The position numbers and the translations under genes are program-made. From assembly GCA_033549365.1 (NCBI GenBank), contig JAWSUF010000006.1:141472-205471 (forward strand): a stretch of DNA of 64,000 nucleotides. The letters run 5' to 3'. The notes under the pieces are model-generated. The model worked only from the letters and a program-made list of their open reading frames with translations, was not told the DNA's origin and ran no database searches. Of the stretch, positions 56,664-64,000 are shown piece after piece. The DNA is from Acidobacteriota bacterium (GTDB taxonomy: Bacteria > Acidobacteriota > Aminicenantia > Aminicenantales > Saccharicenantaceae). Position 1 is the stretch's first letter. Each line of letters starts with the position of its first letter.

Positions 56664-57645
56664 TTCCCCTCCCGACCTGATCGCCGCAAAAATCCGCGAA
56701 TCGCGGCGAATCGCCGTGACCTCCCATCTCCGGCCGGATGGGGATTCGATCTGCACGTCTTTGGCTCTGACTCTCATGGGCGAGGCTCTCGGCAAAACGG
56801 TCGATATCGTCAACACGGACAAAACGCCCTTCCCTTTCTGCCACTTGGCCGACGCCGCCCGCATCCGCACGGGGCCCATCGATCCCTCCCTGTATGACGC
56901 CATCATTTTCCTGGAATGCGCCGACGTCTCCCGGTCCGGGCATACCGGCCTCGACGACGGATTCAAAATCAATATCGACCACCACTATTCGAATTTTTTT
57001 TACGGGGCGATCAATTGGGTCGAACCCAAGGCCCCGGCCGTCGGAGAGATGGTCTTCCGGCTGGCCGGACATCTCGGTGTGACTCTTCCCCCGAAGGCCG
57101 CCGAACATCTCTATTGCGCCATTGTATCCGACACGGGATCCTTTCAGTTTTCAAACACGACCACCTGCGCTTTCGAGGCCTGCGCCCGGCTGACCGAACT
57201 CGGGGCCAGTCCCATCCGTGTCTCCGAATTTCTTTTCAACAATACCATCCCGGAAAAAGTCATTCTGCTCGGCCGGGTCCTGTCCCGGCTGCGTTTGAAT
57301 TCCCGGGGCAACATCGCGACGATCAGCATGTTCCGAAGCGACCTGGATAGCCTCAATCTCAGGGAAATCGACGTCGAGGACATCACAACCGTAGCCCGTT
57401 CCATCCGGAACCTCGAAATGGTCATGTTCTTCAAGGAAATCGCGCCGGAGACGTTCCGGGTCAGCCTAAGATCCAAAGGGGGAGCCAACGCGGCGCTTGC
57501 GGCCGAGCATTTCGGAGGCGGAGGACACGTCCACGCCTCGGGATTCACGGCTCATGGTCCCCACGACGAACTGATCCGAACCATTCCGGCCGCCATCGAA
57601 AAACTGCTCGATGAGGCGCGTTCCGGAAGCCGGCCGGCAACCTGA
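56653..57645 (+). CDS. nrnA: Bifunctional oligoribonuclease/pAp phosphatase NrnA (DHH/DHHA1 family)
   Basis: RIAVTSHLRPDGDSICTSLAL (DHH motif I), …DHHYSN… (DHH), C-terminal GGGH (DHHA1). Start ATG 56653 (alternative 56638). Confidence 0.75.
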   Translation: MTTDSPPDLIAAKIRESRRIAVTSHLRPDGDSICTSLALTLMGEALGKTVDIVNTDKTPFPFCHLADAARIRTGPIDPSLYDAIIFLECADVSRSGHTGLDDGFKINIDHHYSNFFYGAINWVEPKAPAVGEMVFRLAGHLGVTLPPKAAEHLYCAIVSDTGSFQFSNTTTCAFEACARLTELGASPIRVSEFLFNNTIPEKVILLGRVLSRLRLNSRGNIATISMFRSDLDSLNLREIDVEDITTVARSIRNLEMVMFFKEIAPETFRVSLRSKGGANAALAAEHFGGGGHVHASGFTAHGPHDELIRTIPAAIEKLLDEARSGSRPAT

Positions 57646-57666
57646 GCCCCGAGGTCACCCGGCGCC

Positions 57667-58584
57667 ATGGACGGGCTGATCGCCATCGACAAACATCGGG
57701 GGCCGACATCCCATGATATCGTCGCCGCCGTTCGAAAGCTGCTCCACATCCGAAAAGCGGGCCACTGCGGCACCCTCGACCCCGATGCCTCCGGCGTGCT
57801 TCTTGTCGCCCTCGGCCGGGCCACACGCCTGTCTTCATTTCTCACAGGTCACGAGAAGTCTTACACCGGAACGATCCGGCTCGGCTTTTCCACGGATACC
57901 TATGACGCTTCGGGGCGGCCGACGTCCGATCCGTGCCGAACCCTTCCGGACCGTCAGGACATCGAGCGGGCCATGCGGAAGGTTGAGGGTGAAATACTGC
58001 AGGCCCCTCCGCCCTTTTCGGCGAAAAAAGTCGCCGGCATTCGTCTTTACAAACTCGCCCGAGCCGGACATCGTGTCGATCCGAAGCCCTCGACCGTCAC
58101 CGTCGCGGTCTTCCGCCTTCTCGATGACTCCCCTCCTTTGATCCGTTTTGAAACCCGGTGTTCGGCGGGAACCTTTGTGAGGTCGCTGGCTCACGATCTC
58201 GGCATCCGGCTCGGCTGCGGCGCGCATCTCACCGAGCTCACCCGGACCGTCTCGGGACCCTTCATCCTGTCCGAATGCGTCTCCCTGGACCGGCTTCGGG
58301 AAGCAACGGAGAGCGGGAAGGCCGAAAGTCTTCTCATCCCCATCGAAGATCTGCTTCCCGAATTCCCGGCCGTGTCTCTCCATGCGGAAGAGGCCGCCAG
58401 AGTCGCCCACGGTGCAGGGATTCCCCTTCCCGGAGACGCCGGGGTCTCCGAATCCGGTCCGGACGTGCCCCTGAAGCTGATCGGTCCGGACGGTCTTCTG
58501 ATCGCCCTGGCCCGCCGTACGGCGGACGGCGGCTCTCTTCAGCCTTTTCTGGTCCTCCGTCCTCATTCGCGGACAATTTCTTGA
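57667..58584 (+). CDS. truB: tRNA pseudouridine(55) synthase TruB
   Basis: GLIAIDKHRGPTSHDIV…GHCGTLDPDASGVLLVALGRATRL (catalytic Asp motif), PUA-like C-terminus. Confidence 0.9.
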   Translation: MDGLIAIDKHRGPTSHDIVAAVRKLLHIRKAGHCGTLDPDASGVLLVALGRATRLSSFLTGHEKSYTGTIRLGFSTDTYDASGRPTSDPCRTLPDRQDIERAMRKVEGEILQAPPPFSAKKVAGIRLYKLARAGHRVDPKPSTVTVAVFRLLDDSPPLIRFETRCSAGTFVRSLAHDLGIRLGCGAHLTELTRTVSGPFILSECVSLDRLREATESGKAESLLIPIEDLLPEFPAVSLHAEEAARVAHGAGIPLPGDAGVSESGPDVPLKLIGPDGLLIALARRTADGGSLQPFLVLRPHSRTIS

Positions 58585-58588
58585 ATTT

Positions 58589-58897
58589 TTGGCGGATCTA
58601 TTGTATGGTATTGGGATTATGAGGCTGAATAAGAACCAGATCGAACACTTGGCGTCGATGATACTCCGCGGCCTGACCCGTGAAGAAAAGATCATCGTGG
58701 AGGATAAATCCGTCCTTTTGGAAAACATCACCCAACTCATCTTTGAGGAATTTCATAAAGAAGATCAGCTCGACCAGGAAGTCCGGGAAATCCTGAGCCA
58801 ACACATGGAAAAAATCCGCAAGGACAATATCGAATATCAGACCATGTTCCGCATGATCAAGACAAAAATCGCCAGGGAAAGGAATATCGTGCTGTGA
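58589..58897 (+). CDS. DUF507-family protein (paralog 1)
   Basis: 102 aa, MRLNKNQIEHLASMILRGL… is a typical DUF507 N-terminus. Confidence 0.6.
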   Translation: MADLLYGIGIMRLNKNQIEHLASMILRGLTREEKIIVEDKSVLLENITQLIFEEFHKEDQLDQEVREILSQHMEKIRKDNIEYQTMFRMIKTKIARERNIVL

Positions 58898-59184
58898 GCA
58901 ACCGCCTGTCACGGGAAAAGATCAACTTCCTGTCGCGCCAGATCCTCAACCTTCTGGCCAAAGACGACAAGGTGGAATTCCTTGACGATCCCAATGAAAT
59001 CCGCCTGGTCATCGTCAAATCGATCGAACAGGAGATGAAGCTCTACGAATCCCTGGACCGCAAAGCCATCGACAAAATCCAGTCCCAGAAAAAATCGATC
59101 GAAGAAGGCAGCCGGGAGTGGGAAATCCTCTATCGCAAGTATTACAACGACGAGCTCAACAAGCTCGGCAAACTCAGCGAATAA
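58894..59184 (+). CDS. DUF507-family protein (paralog 2)
   Basis: 96 aa, NRLSREKINFLSRQILNLL…, overlapping paralog 1 by 4 nt. Confidence 0.6.
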   Translation: MSNRLSREKINFLSRQILNLLAKDDKVEFLDDPNEIRLVIVKSIEQEMKLYESLDRKAIDKIQSQKKSIEEGSREWEILYRKYYNDELNKLGKLSE

Positions 59185-60037
59185 CCCTTTTCAGTTTCAG
59201 ATACTGATTCAGGGCGTCATTCCAAAGGGACATTTTCGCCAAGCCGGATTTTTCAGCCCGGCCGGCATCCAGAATCGAATAGCCGGGCCGCAGGGCCGGC
59301 GCCGCCAGTTCCTGGGTCGTGATGGGGACCAGGTCGGGCTTCCGTCCCAGGGCATCAAATATGGCTCGGGCAAACTCATACCACGTGCATTGCCCGCGGC
59401 TGGTCAGATGGTAGAGGCCATAGCCGTCGGTATCGAGAAGAGCGGACGTCCGGTCGGCAAGCTCAAGAGTCGATGTCGGAGCGACGGTCTGATCGTCGAC
59501 GACCCGGATGGGCTTCCCCGAATCCGCCAGGGCGATCATGGATTCGACGAAATTGCGGCCTTTTTCCCGGCATCCGGCCCGGCCGAACAGGCCGCATGTC
59601 CTGATGACGAAATGACGCGGGGCGATGTTTCGGACGAAATATTCCCCCGCCAGCTTGGACACCGCATAGACGCTCTGGGGATTCGGAGGATCGTCTTCGG
59701 TATAGGGAGTCTTTTTCCGGCCGTCAAAGACGTAATCGGTGCTGAAGTGAACCAGCACGGCCTCGATGTCCCGGCACACCCGGGCGAGATCCCGGACGGC
59801 AAAGGCGTTGACGCGAAATGCCTCCAGAGGCCGGGATTCGCATTCATCAACACGGTGAAAGGCGGACGTGTTGATGACGATTCCGGGAGAGATCTCACGG
59901 AGAACCCGGCCCGATTCTTCCGGATGCGTGACATCGAATTCCGGGTAATAAAGCGGGTGAACATCCTCTCCCGAGAGGGTTTCAAGCAGGTCGGAACCCA
60001 GCTGTCCGTCCGCACCGATCAGGGCGATTCTCTTCAT
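59174..60037 (-). CDS. rfbD: dTDP-4-dehydrorhamnose reductase
   Basis: MKRIALIGADGQLGSDL…, STDYVFDG, Y..K pair (YAVSKLAGE). Confidence 0.8.
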   Translation of the reverse strand: MKRIALIGADGQLGSDLLETLSGEDVHPLYYPEFDVTHPEESGRVLREISPGIVINTSAFHRVDECESRPLEAFRVNAFAVRDLARVCRDIEAVLVHFSTDYVFDGRKKTPYTEDDPPNPQSVYAVSKLAGEYFVRNIAPRHFVIRTCGLFGRAGCREKGRNFVESMIALADSGKPIRVVDDQTVAPTSTLELADRTSALLDTDGYGLYHLTSRGQCTWYEFARAIFDALGRKPDLVPITTQELAAPALRPGYSILDAGRAEKSGLAKMSLWNDALNQYLKLKRVIR

Positions 60038-60061
60038 CAGCCGTGTTTTTCAGGTTGAATG

Positions 60062-60094
60062 AAAGAGGCCGAAGGCGATGCCTTCGGCCTCTTT
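60062..60094 (-). terminator. Symmetric 15-bp-stem hairpin (possible bidirectional terminator) after the OMP gene
   Basis: aaagaggccgaaggc-gat-gccttcggcctcttt, with A/T tracts on both sides. Confidence 0.5.
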
Positions 60095-60113
60095 GTTGAA
60101 TGTCGGATGGTTA

Positions 60114-61622
60114 TCAGAATACAAGCCTGAAACCCAGAGCAAATTTGTGATGGGTATCGAAGGCCCGGTCGCCGCCCAGCGGGGAGCGGAATTCAAAGAA
60201 CAGCGAACCCACGCTGGTGTAGCGATTGAAGAGTTCGACGCCCACGTTGCCGACGGCGTCAAGACCCGACTTGTGATCGTAATACAGGTTCCCGTCCGCA
60301 TCCAGCCTGGTGGCATCGTAATCCTGGGCCTTGGTGCTGTAGCCCAATCCGGCGCCGAAATACACCGGTCCGGCGTGGACGTTGGCCAGGGCATTGGCCA
60401 GGAACATGAATTTCCAGGGCGACCCCACGCTGGGAATCGCGCCTCCGGCTGAAAGAACGACACTGAACTGATCGGGACTCAACCAGGCAAAGAGACCGCC
60501 TCTCAGGAATCCGTAAGTCGTATAGGTCCCTTTCGCCAGGAGCGGCCCGGCCTCGACCAGCCAGAAGAGTTTCTTCCGGGTCACACGGAACGACGTCCGG
60601 CATGTTTCGGAAGGAGCGGAAGCGGCGCCGTCATTGTCGAAAACGGTGACATCGATCGTGTAATTGCCTTCCCTTGTAAAGACCCGTTCCCAGATGAACG
60701 GAGGCTGGGAGGCGACATAACTGTCAACCACGGTCCCCGAGGCATCCAGAAGCTCAAAGGAGGCCCGGACGACGGTTCCATCGGGATCCGTCGATCTCGA
60801 GGCGTCAAATAGGATCGGACGGCCGACGTAATCCTCGCAGACCTGACACGTCATGTCCAAAACACAGATCGGCGGGGCGTTGACATAGACCTTGGCTTCA
60901 CAGGGATTGGTTGAAACCACTCCGGCGGCGTTGGTCGCGCTGCCCTTGAATTCATATTCGCCCGGCTTGTCGAACGTCGTCTGCCATTTGGCGTTCGCCG
61001 GCGTCAGTTTCTGGGAAGCGACCTTGTTTCCCTGAGCGTCGAAGATATCCACGGTCATGGATTGGGCATGTTGCGTGGCGCTCATGTCGACGGTGACCGG
61101 ATCGCCGATATTGACCCGGTTCGGAGAAACGGCCAAAGCGCAAACCGGCGGGGGGACCGCGTCCGTAATCTTTCTCAGGGCAATGTTGCCGCAAGGTTTT
61201 GGGATGACAAACTCGTAGGTTTTGTAATCCTTGTCGACCTTGATGGCGAAGACCTCAAGGGGTGCGCGGCCGGCCCACTCGATATTCCGGGCCACTTTGA
61301 CCTTGCCCTGGGATCGGAAAAGCATCCAGGGCATGACATCGCCCACGGGAACGGCGGTGTCTTCGAATCGGGTTTTTTGGAGCTGTTCCATAAAGGGCAC
61401 ATAGAGTTCACCGTATCCGGCCAGATCGAATCCAACCTTGATGTCCCCGGCATAACGATCGACCAGGGTTTTCATGACTTCGGCCGTGGGGATATCCCCG
61501 CGAACTCTGGCGAATGTGTAGACGCCGATTCTCTGAAGTTTTGTCGTCTGGGCCAAAGCCCCGGCGGCCAACAAGAAAAGGAGCGCAATTGTCAGAATGG
61601 GAAGGGTGCTTTTTTTAATCAT
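60114..61622 (-). CDS. Hypothetical secreted/outer-membrane protein with Ig/PKD-like middle and C-terminal β-barrel-like region
   Basis: Start trimmed to ATG 61620-61622, preceded by AAGGAGG. Signal peptide MIKKSTLPILTIALLFLLAAGALA. Ends …GFRLVF. Confidence 0.5.
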   Translation of the reverse strand: MIKKSTLPILTIALLFLLAAGALAQTTKLQRIGVYTFARVRGDIPTAEVMKTLVDRYAGDIKVGFDLAGYGELYVPFMEQLQKTRFEDTAVPVGDVMPWMLFRSQGKVKVARNIEWAGRAPLEVFAIKVDKDYKTYEFVIPKPCGNIALRKITDAVPPPVCALAVSPNRVNIGDPVTVDMSATQHAQSMTVDIFDAQGNKVASQKLTPANAKWQTTFDKPGEYEFKGSATNAAGVVSTNPCEAKVYVNAPPICVLDMTCQVCEDYVGRPILFDASRSTDPDGTVVRASFELLDASGTVVDSYVASQPPFIWERVFTREGNYTIDVTVFDNDGAASAPSETCRTSFRVTRKKLFWLVEAGPLLAKGTYTTYGFLRGGLFAWLSPDQFSVVLSAGGAIPSVGSPWKFMFLANALANVHAGPVYFGAGLGYSTKAQDYDATRLDADGNLYYDHKSGLDAVGNVGVELFNRYTSVGSLFFEFRSPLGGDRAFDTHHKFALGFRLVF

Positions 61623-61696
61623 ACCATCCTCCTTGCAGGAAATTTTAAAATAATTTCCTTTTAATGACTTATTTAATCCACAATCGCCGCAATTTG

Positions 61697-62413
61697 TCAA
61701 GAGAAATCCATAGCCGCTGCAGATTTTTCGGCCTTTAAAAAGTCCGCGACGATGCGTGCGGCCAGTCCGGAATCCCGGGACTCGCTCTTCAGGGCCTCCG
61801 CCATCCGGTCGGCGCCCGCAAAGCCCTTGCGGATCAGGTCAGCCAACAATCGGCGTCCTTGCCGGGGATTGATTTCCGGGTGGATTTGAAGGCCCAGGAT
61901 TCGTCCATCCCGCGATTGAAACGCCTGAATCCGGCAAAAATCGGTCTCGGCCAGAACTTCAAATCGCGAGTCCATCTCCACCGCCTCATCGAAATGAAGG
62001 CTGAAGGAATAAGCCGGCCCCGGATCGCCGAGCGGACCTCCCGGCGCGACGACCCGGATCGGAATCCAGCCGATCTCCGGACGGGCGCATCGGCGGACAT
62101 GATCGGGCCCGGACAGGACATAGGCCAGGAGCTGATGGCCCCAACAGCTTCCCAGAAAGGCCAATCCCCTGTCCAGGCCTTTCCGAATCCATTCGGCTTC
62201 CTCCAGAGCCCAGGGATCCATCTCCAGAATCGAGGCCTCCGACCCCGTCAGAATCACATGCGTAAACCCGTCGGTCCATCGGGGAAATTTGTGATCCCGG
62301 GCCGTAAAAGATTCCCAGACACAGTTCAGGAAAGGGCTCCAGTGTTCAACGGGCCGGTAAACGTCAGGATCAATCGAATTGTCGATCAGCGCAACTTTGG
62401 CGGTTTTGCTCAT
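61697..62413 (-). CDS. Class I glutamine amidotransferase-like protein
   Basis: GSCWGHQLL (nucleophile Cys elbow), LQIHPE (His). Start trimmed to ATG 62411-62413 (MSKTAKVALIDNS…). Confidence 0.7.
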   Translation of the reverse strand: MSKTAKVALIDNSIDPDVYRPVEHWSPFLNCVWESFTARDHKFPRWTDGFTHVILTGSEASILEMDPWALEEAEWIRKGLDRGLAFLGSCWGHQLLAYVLSGPDHVRRCARPEIGWIPIRVVAPGGPLGDPGPAYSFSLHFDEAVEMDSRFEVLAETDFCRIQAFQSRDGRILGLQIHPEINPRQGRRLLADLIRKGFAGADRMAEALKSESRDSGLAARIVADFLKAEKSAAAMDFS

Positions 62414-62525
62414 GCGATGTATTATATCCGCTCCGCTCTTCCGGATAAAGAGTAGCATCGGACCGCGGCTTTTTGATATAATGCCTTGCTTATTGCCAGG
62501 ACATATAAGGAAGAAGGAGAGTTCC

Positions 62526-62921
62526 GTGCATACCGTTAATGTGGAAACCGAACTCCATGTCACGACTCCCGATGAGCCCGGGATTTATGGCCGGGTACTG
62601 GGAACTCTGGCCAATGCGGGCATCAACCTCAGGGCATTGAACGTCGCCTCCGTCGGCGATGAGGGGCACTTCCGGCTCATCACTTCCGACAACGCCAAGG
62701 CTCAGAAAGCCCTCAAATCCCTGGGATACAAAGTCAAGACCCACAAAGTCGTTACGGTCCTGATCAGCGACCGCATCGGCGCCGGGTCCGAAATCGGAGC
62801 CCTTCTGGGCAACGCCGTCATCCATATCAGTTCCTCGTACGGGACCTCGGCGGGCGCCGGCAAAACCCTGCTCGTTTTCCAGACCAACCATAACACCAAG
62901 GCCGTCAAGACCTTGAAATGA
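62526..62921 (+). CDS. ACT-domain-containing protein (two ACT-like halves)
   Basis: TPDEPGIYGRVLGTLANAGINLRAL… and …SDRIGAGSEIGALLGNAVIHI…. GTG 62526 preceded by GGAG. A TATAAT-like box at 62476-62481 argues against the upstream ATG 62481. Confidence 0.55.
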   Translation: MHTVNVETELHVTTPDEPGIYGRVLGTLANAGINLRALNVASVGDEGHFRLITSDNAKAQKALKSLGYKVKTHKVVTVLISDRIGAGSEIGALLGNAVIHISSSYGTSAGAGKTLLVFQTNHNTKAVKTLK

Positions 62922-62922
62922 C

Positions 62923-63984
62923 ATGCCCTCCGCCTTGAAACGCGTCCTCGTCGTCACGTCCGACGTCCCCTTTGTCACGGGCGGGCACTTGGTGATCGCC
63001 CGCAGCACCGTGAGGGCCCTCCGGGAGTGCGGCCACGAAGCCGACCTTGTTCTGACCCCGCAGAACAGATTCGGCCGTCAATTCAGCGCCTATCTGGCCA
63101 ATCGTTTCACGGATGTCGGTATGGACGGTCTGGGCCGGACGATCGACCACGTCATTTCATTCCGTTTTCCGAGTTTCGCCGTCCGCCACCCCAGCCATGT
63201 CTGCTGGCTGAACCACAGGCTTCGCGAATACTATGACTTGTGGCCCATGCTCCGCGATCAACTGGGTTTCCGAGGCAAAGTGAAGGAGGAAATCCGGCGG
63301 CGCATTCTTCGGATCGTCGACACGCACCTCCTCAAAAGGAGTGTCAGGAAAGTCTATGCCCAGTCGGGTACCATTCAGGCCCGTCTTCAGAAATGGGGAA
63401 GCATTCCCTCGGAAATCCTCTATCCTCCCCCGCCTCAGCGACGTTACCGGACCGAAAGTTACGGGAATTTCATCCTGGCCGTTTCCCGGCTTCAGAAACT
63501 CAAGAGAATCGATCTTCTTGTGGACGCCTTCCGGTTCGTCGACAATACCGGTCTGCGCGCCGTCATTGTCGGAGACGGTCCGGAACGGACCGCGCTTGAG
63601 ATCCGAGTCCGGGAGGCCGGTTTGGAACACCGCATCGACTTTCCGGGGGAACTTGATGATGAGGGGATTCTCGATCTATACGCGCGATGCCGAGCGGTTT
63701 TTTTCTGCCCCTATAACGAGGACTACGGCCTAGTGACCCCCGAAGCCTTCGCTTCACGCAAGGCTGTCGTCACGGCGACGGACAGCGGAGGCCCCGCCGA
63801 ACTCGTCCGCGACGGGATCAACGGATTCGTCACCGACCCCAACCCGAAGGACATCGCCCGCCGCCTGAACGAGCTGGGCGGAGACACGGCCCTCGCGGAA
63901 CGCCTGGGCGACCGGGCCGCCGAAACCGTCTCCGATATGACATGGGAAAAGGCCGTCTCCCGCCTCCTTCTTCTCCCCGGCTGA
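62923..63984 (+). CDS. Glycosyltransferase family 4 (GT-B, RfaG-like)
   Basis: VLVVTSDVPFVTGGHLV…, C-terminal E-x7-E-like region (…PYNEDYGLVTPEAFASRKAVVTATDSGGPAELV). Confidence 0.8.
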   Translation: MPSALKRVLVVTSDVPFVTGGHLVIARSTVRALRECGHEADLVLTPQNRFGRQFSAYLANRFTDVGMDGLGRTIDHVISFRFPSFAVRHPSHVCWLNHRLREYYDLWPMLRDQLGFRGKVKEEIRRRILRIVDTHLLKRSVRKVYAQSGTIQARLQKWGSIPSEILYPPPPQRRYRTESYGNFILAVSRLQKLKRIDLLVDAFRFVDNTGLRAVIVGDGPERTALEIRVREAGLEHRIDFPGELDDEGILDLYARCRAVFFCPYNEDYGLVTPEAFASRKAVVTATDSGGPAELVRDGINGFVTDPNPKDIARRLNELGGDTALAERLGDRAAETVSDMTWEKAVSRLLLLPG

Positions 63985-64000
63985 TCCTTCAAAGCCGCAA

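Overview
High-GC (visibly >60%) bacterial chromosomal segment, gene-dense on both strands. The gene content (dnaK-dnaJ-hspR, tandem DUF507, DUF503 between infB and rbfA, BamD, several OM beta-barrel proteins) suggests a Gram-negative, Deltaproteobacteria-like host; this is inference only.

Layout:
- 1-2.5 kb: a GGDEF response regulator truncated by the window edge, a membrane protein and a SAM methyltransferase.
- 2.5-12.5 kb: one tightly coupled eight-gene minus-strand unit. Its order is HTH(XRE)-RadC/JAB, then hsdM with an N-terminal PD-(D/E)xK HSDR_N domain, a notably AT-rich hsdS, a ParB-like(DGNHR)+Ndt/DNPH1-like fusion, an AlbA_2/ATPase/wHTH protein, and two unknown proteins. No hsdR/SF2 translocase is present. 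The unit abuts the 3' end of a tRNA. This is the best candidate for an undescribed Type I-derived defence system.
- 12.85-13.18 kb: tRNA-Asn(GUU) interrupted between nt 35 and 36 by a ~252-nt group I intron that resembles the Azoarcus tRNA-Ile intron core.
- 13.3-18.5 kb: DnaC-like ATPase, sigma-70 factor, hspR, dnaJ and dnaK, with a clear sigma70 promoter.
- 18.7-25.7 kb: czcA/cusA-like RND pump (enlarged), OMF, and an adaptor with an N-terminal Cys metal-binding motif.
- 25.7-47 kb: malic enzyme, a 1066-aa PEP-utilising (PPDK_N)+nucleotidyltransferase fusion, gdh, sulfatase, a radical-SAM plus ATGA-coupled Cys-rich small protein, lpd, a TonB-dependent-like OMP preceded by paired 34-bp palindromic repeats, M28 peptidase, ltaE, PASTA protein, rpe, epimerase and bamD.
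- 47-64 kb: S8 protease, recN, C_GCAxxG_C_C protein, miaB, a structured intergenic region with a strong promoter, nusA-infB-DUF503-rbfA-nrnA-truB, 2x DUF507, rfbD, an OMP, a GATase, an ACT protein and a glycosyltransferase.

No CRISPR array, rRNA, transposase or integrase was seen.
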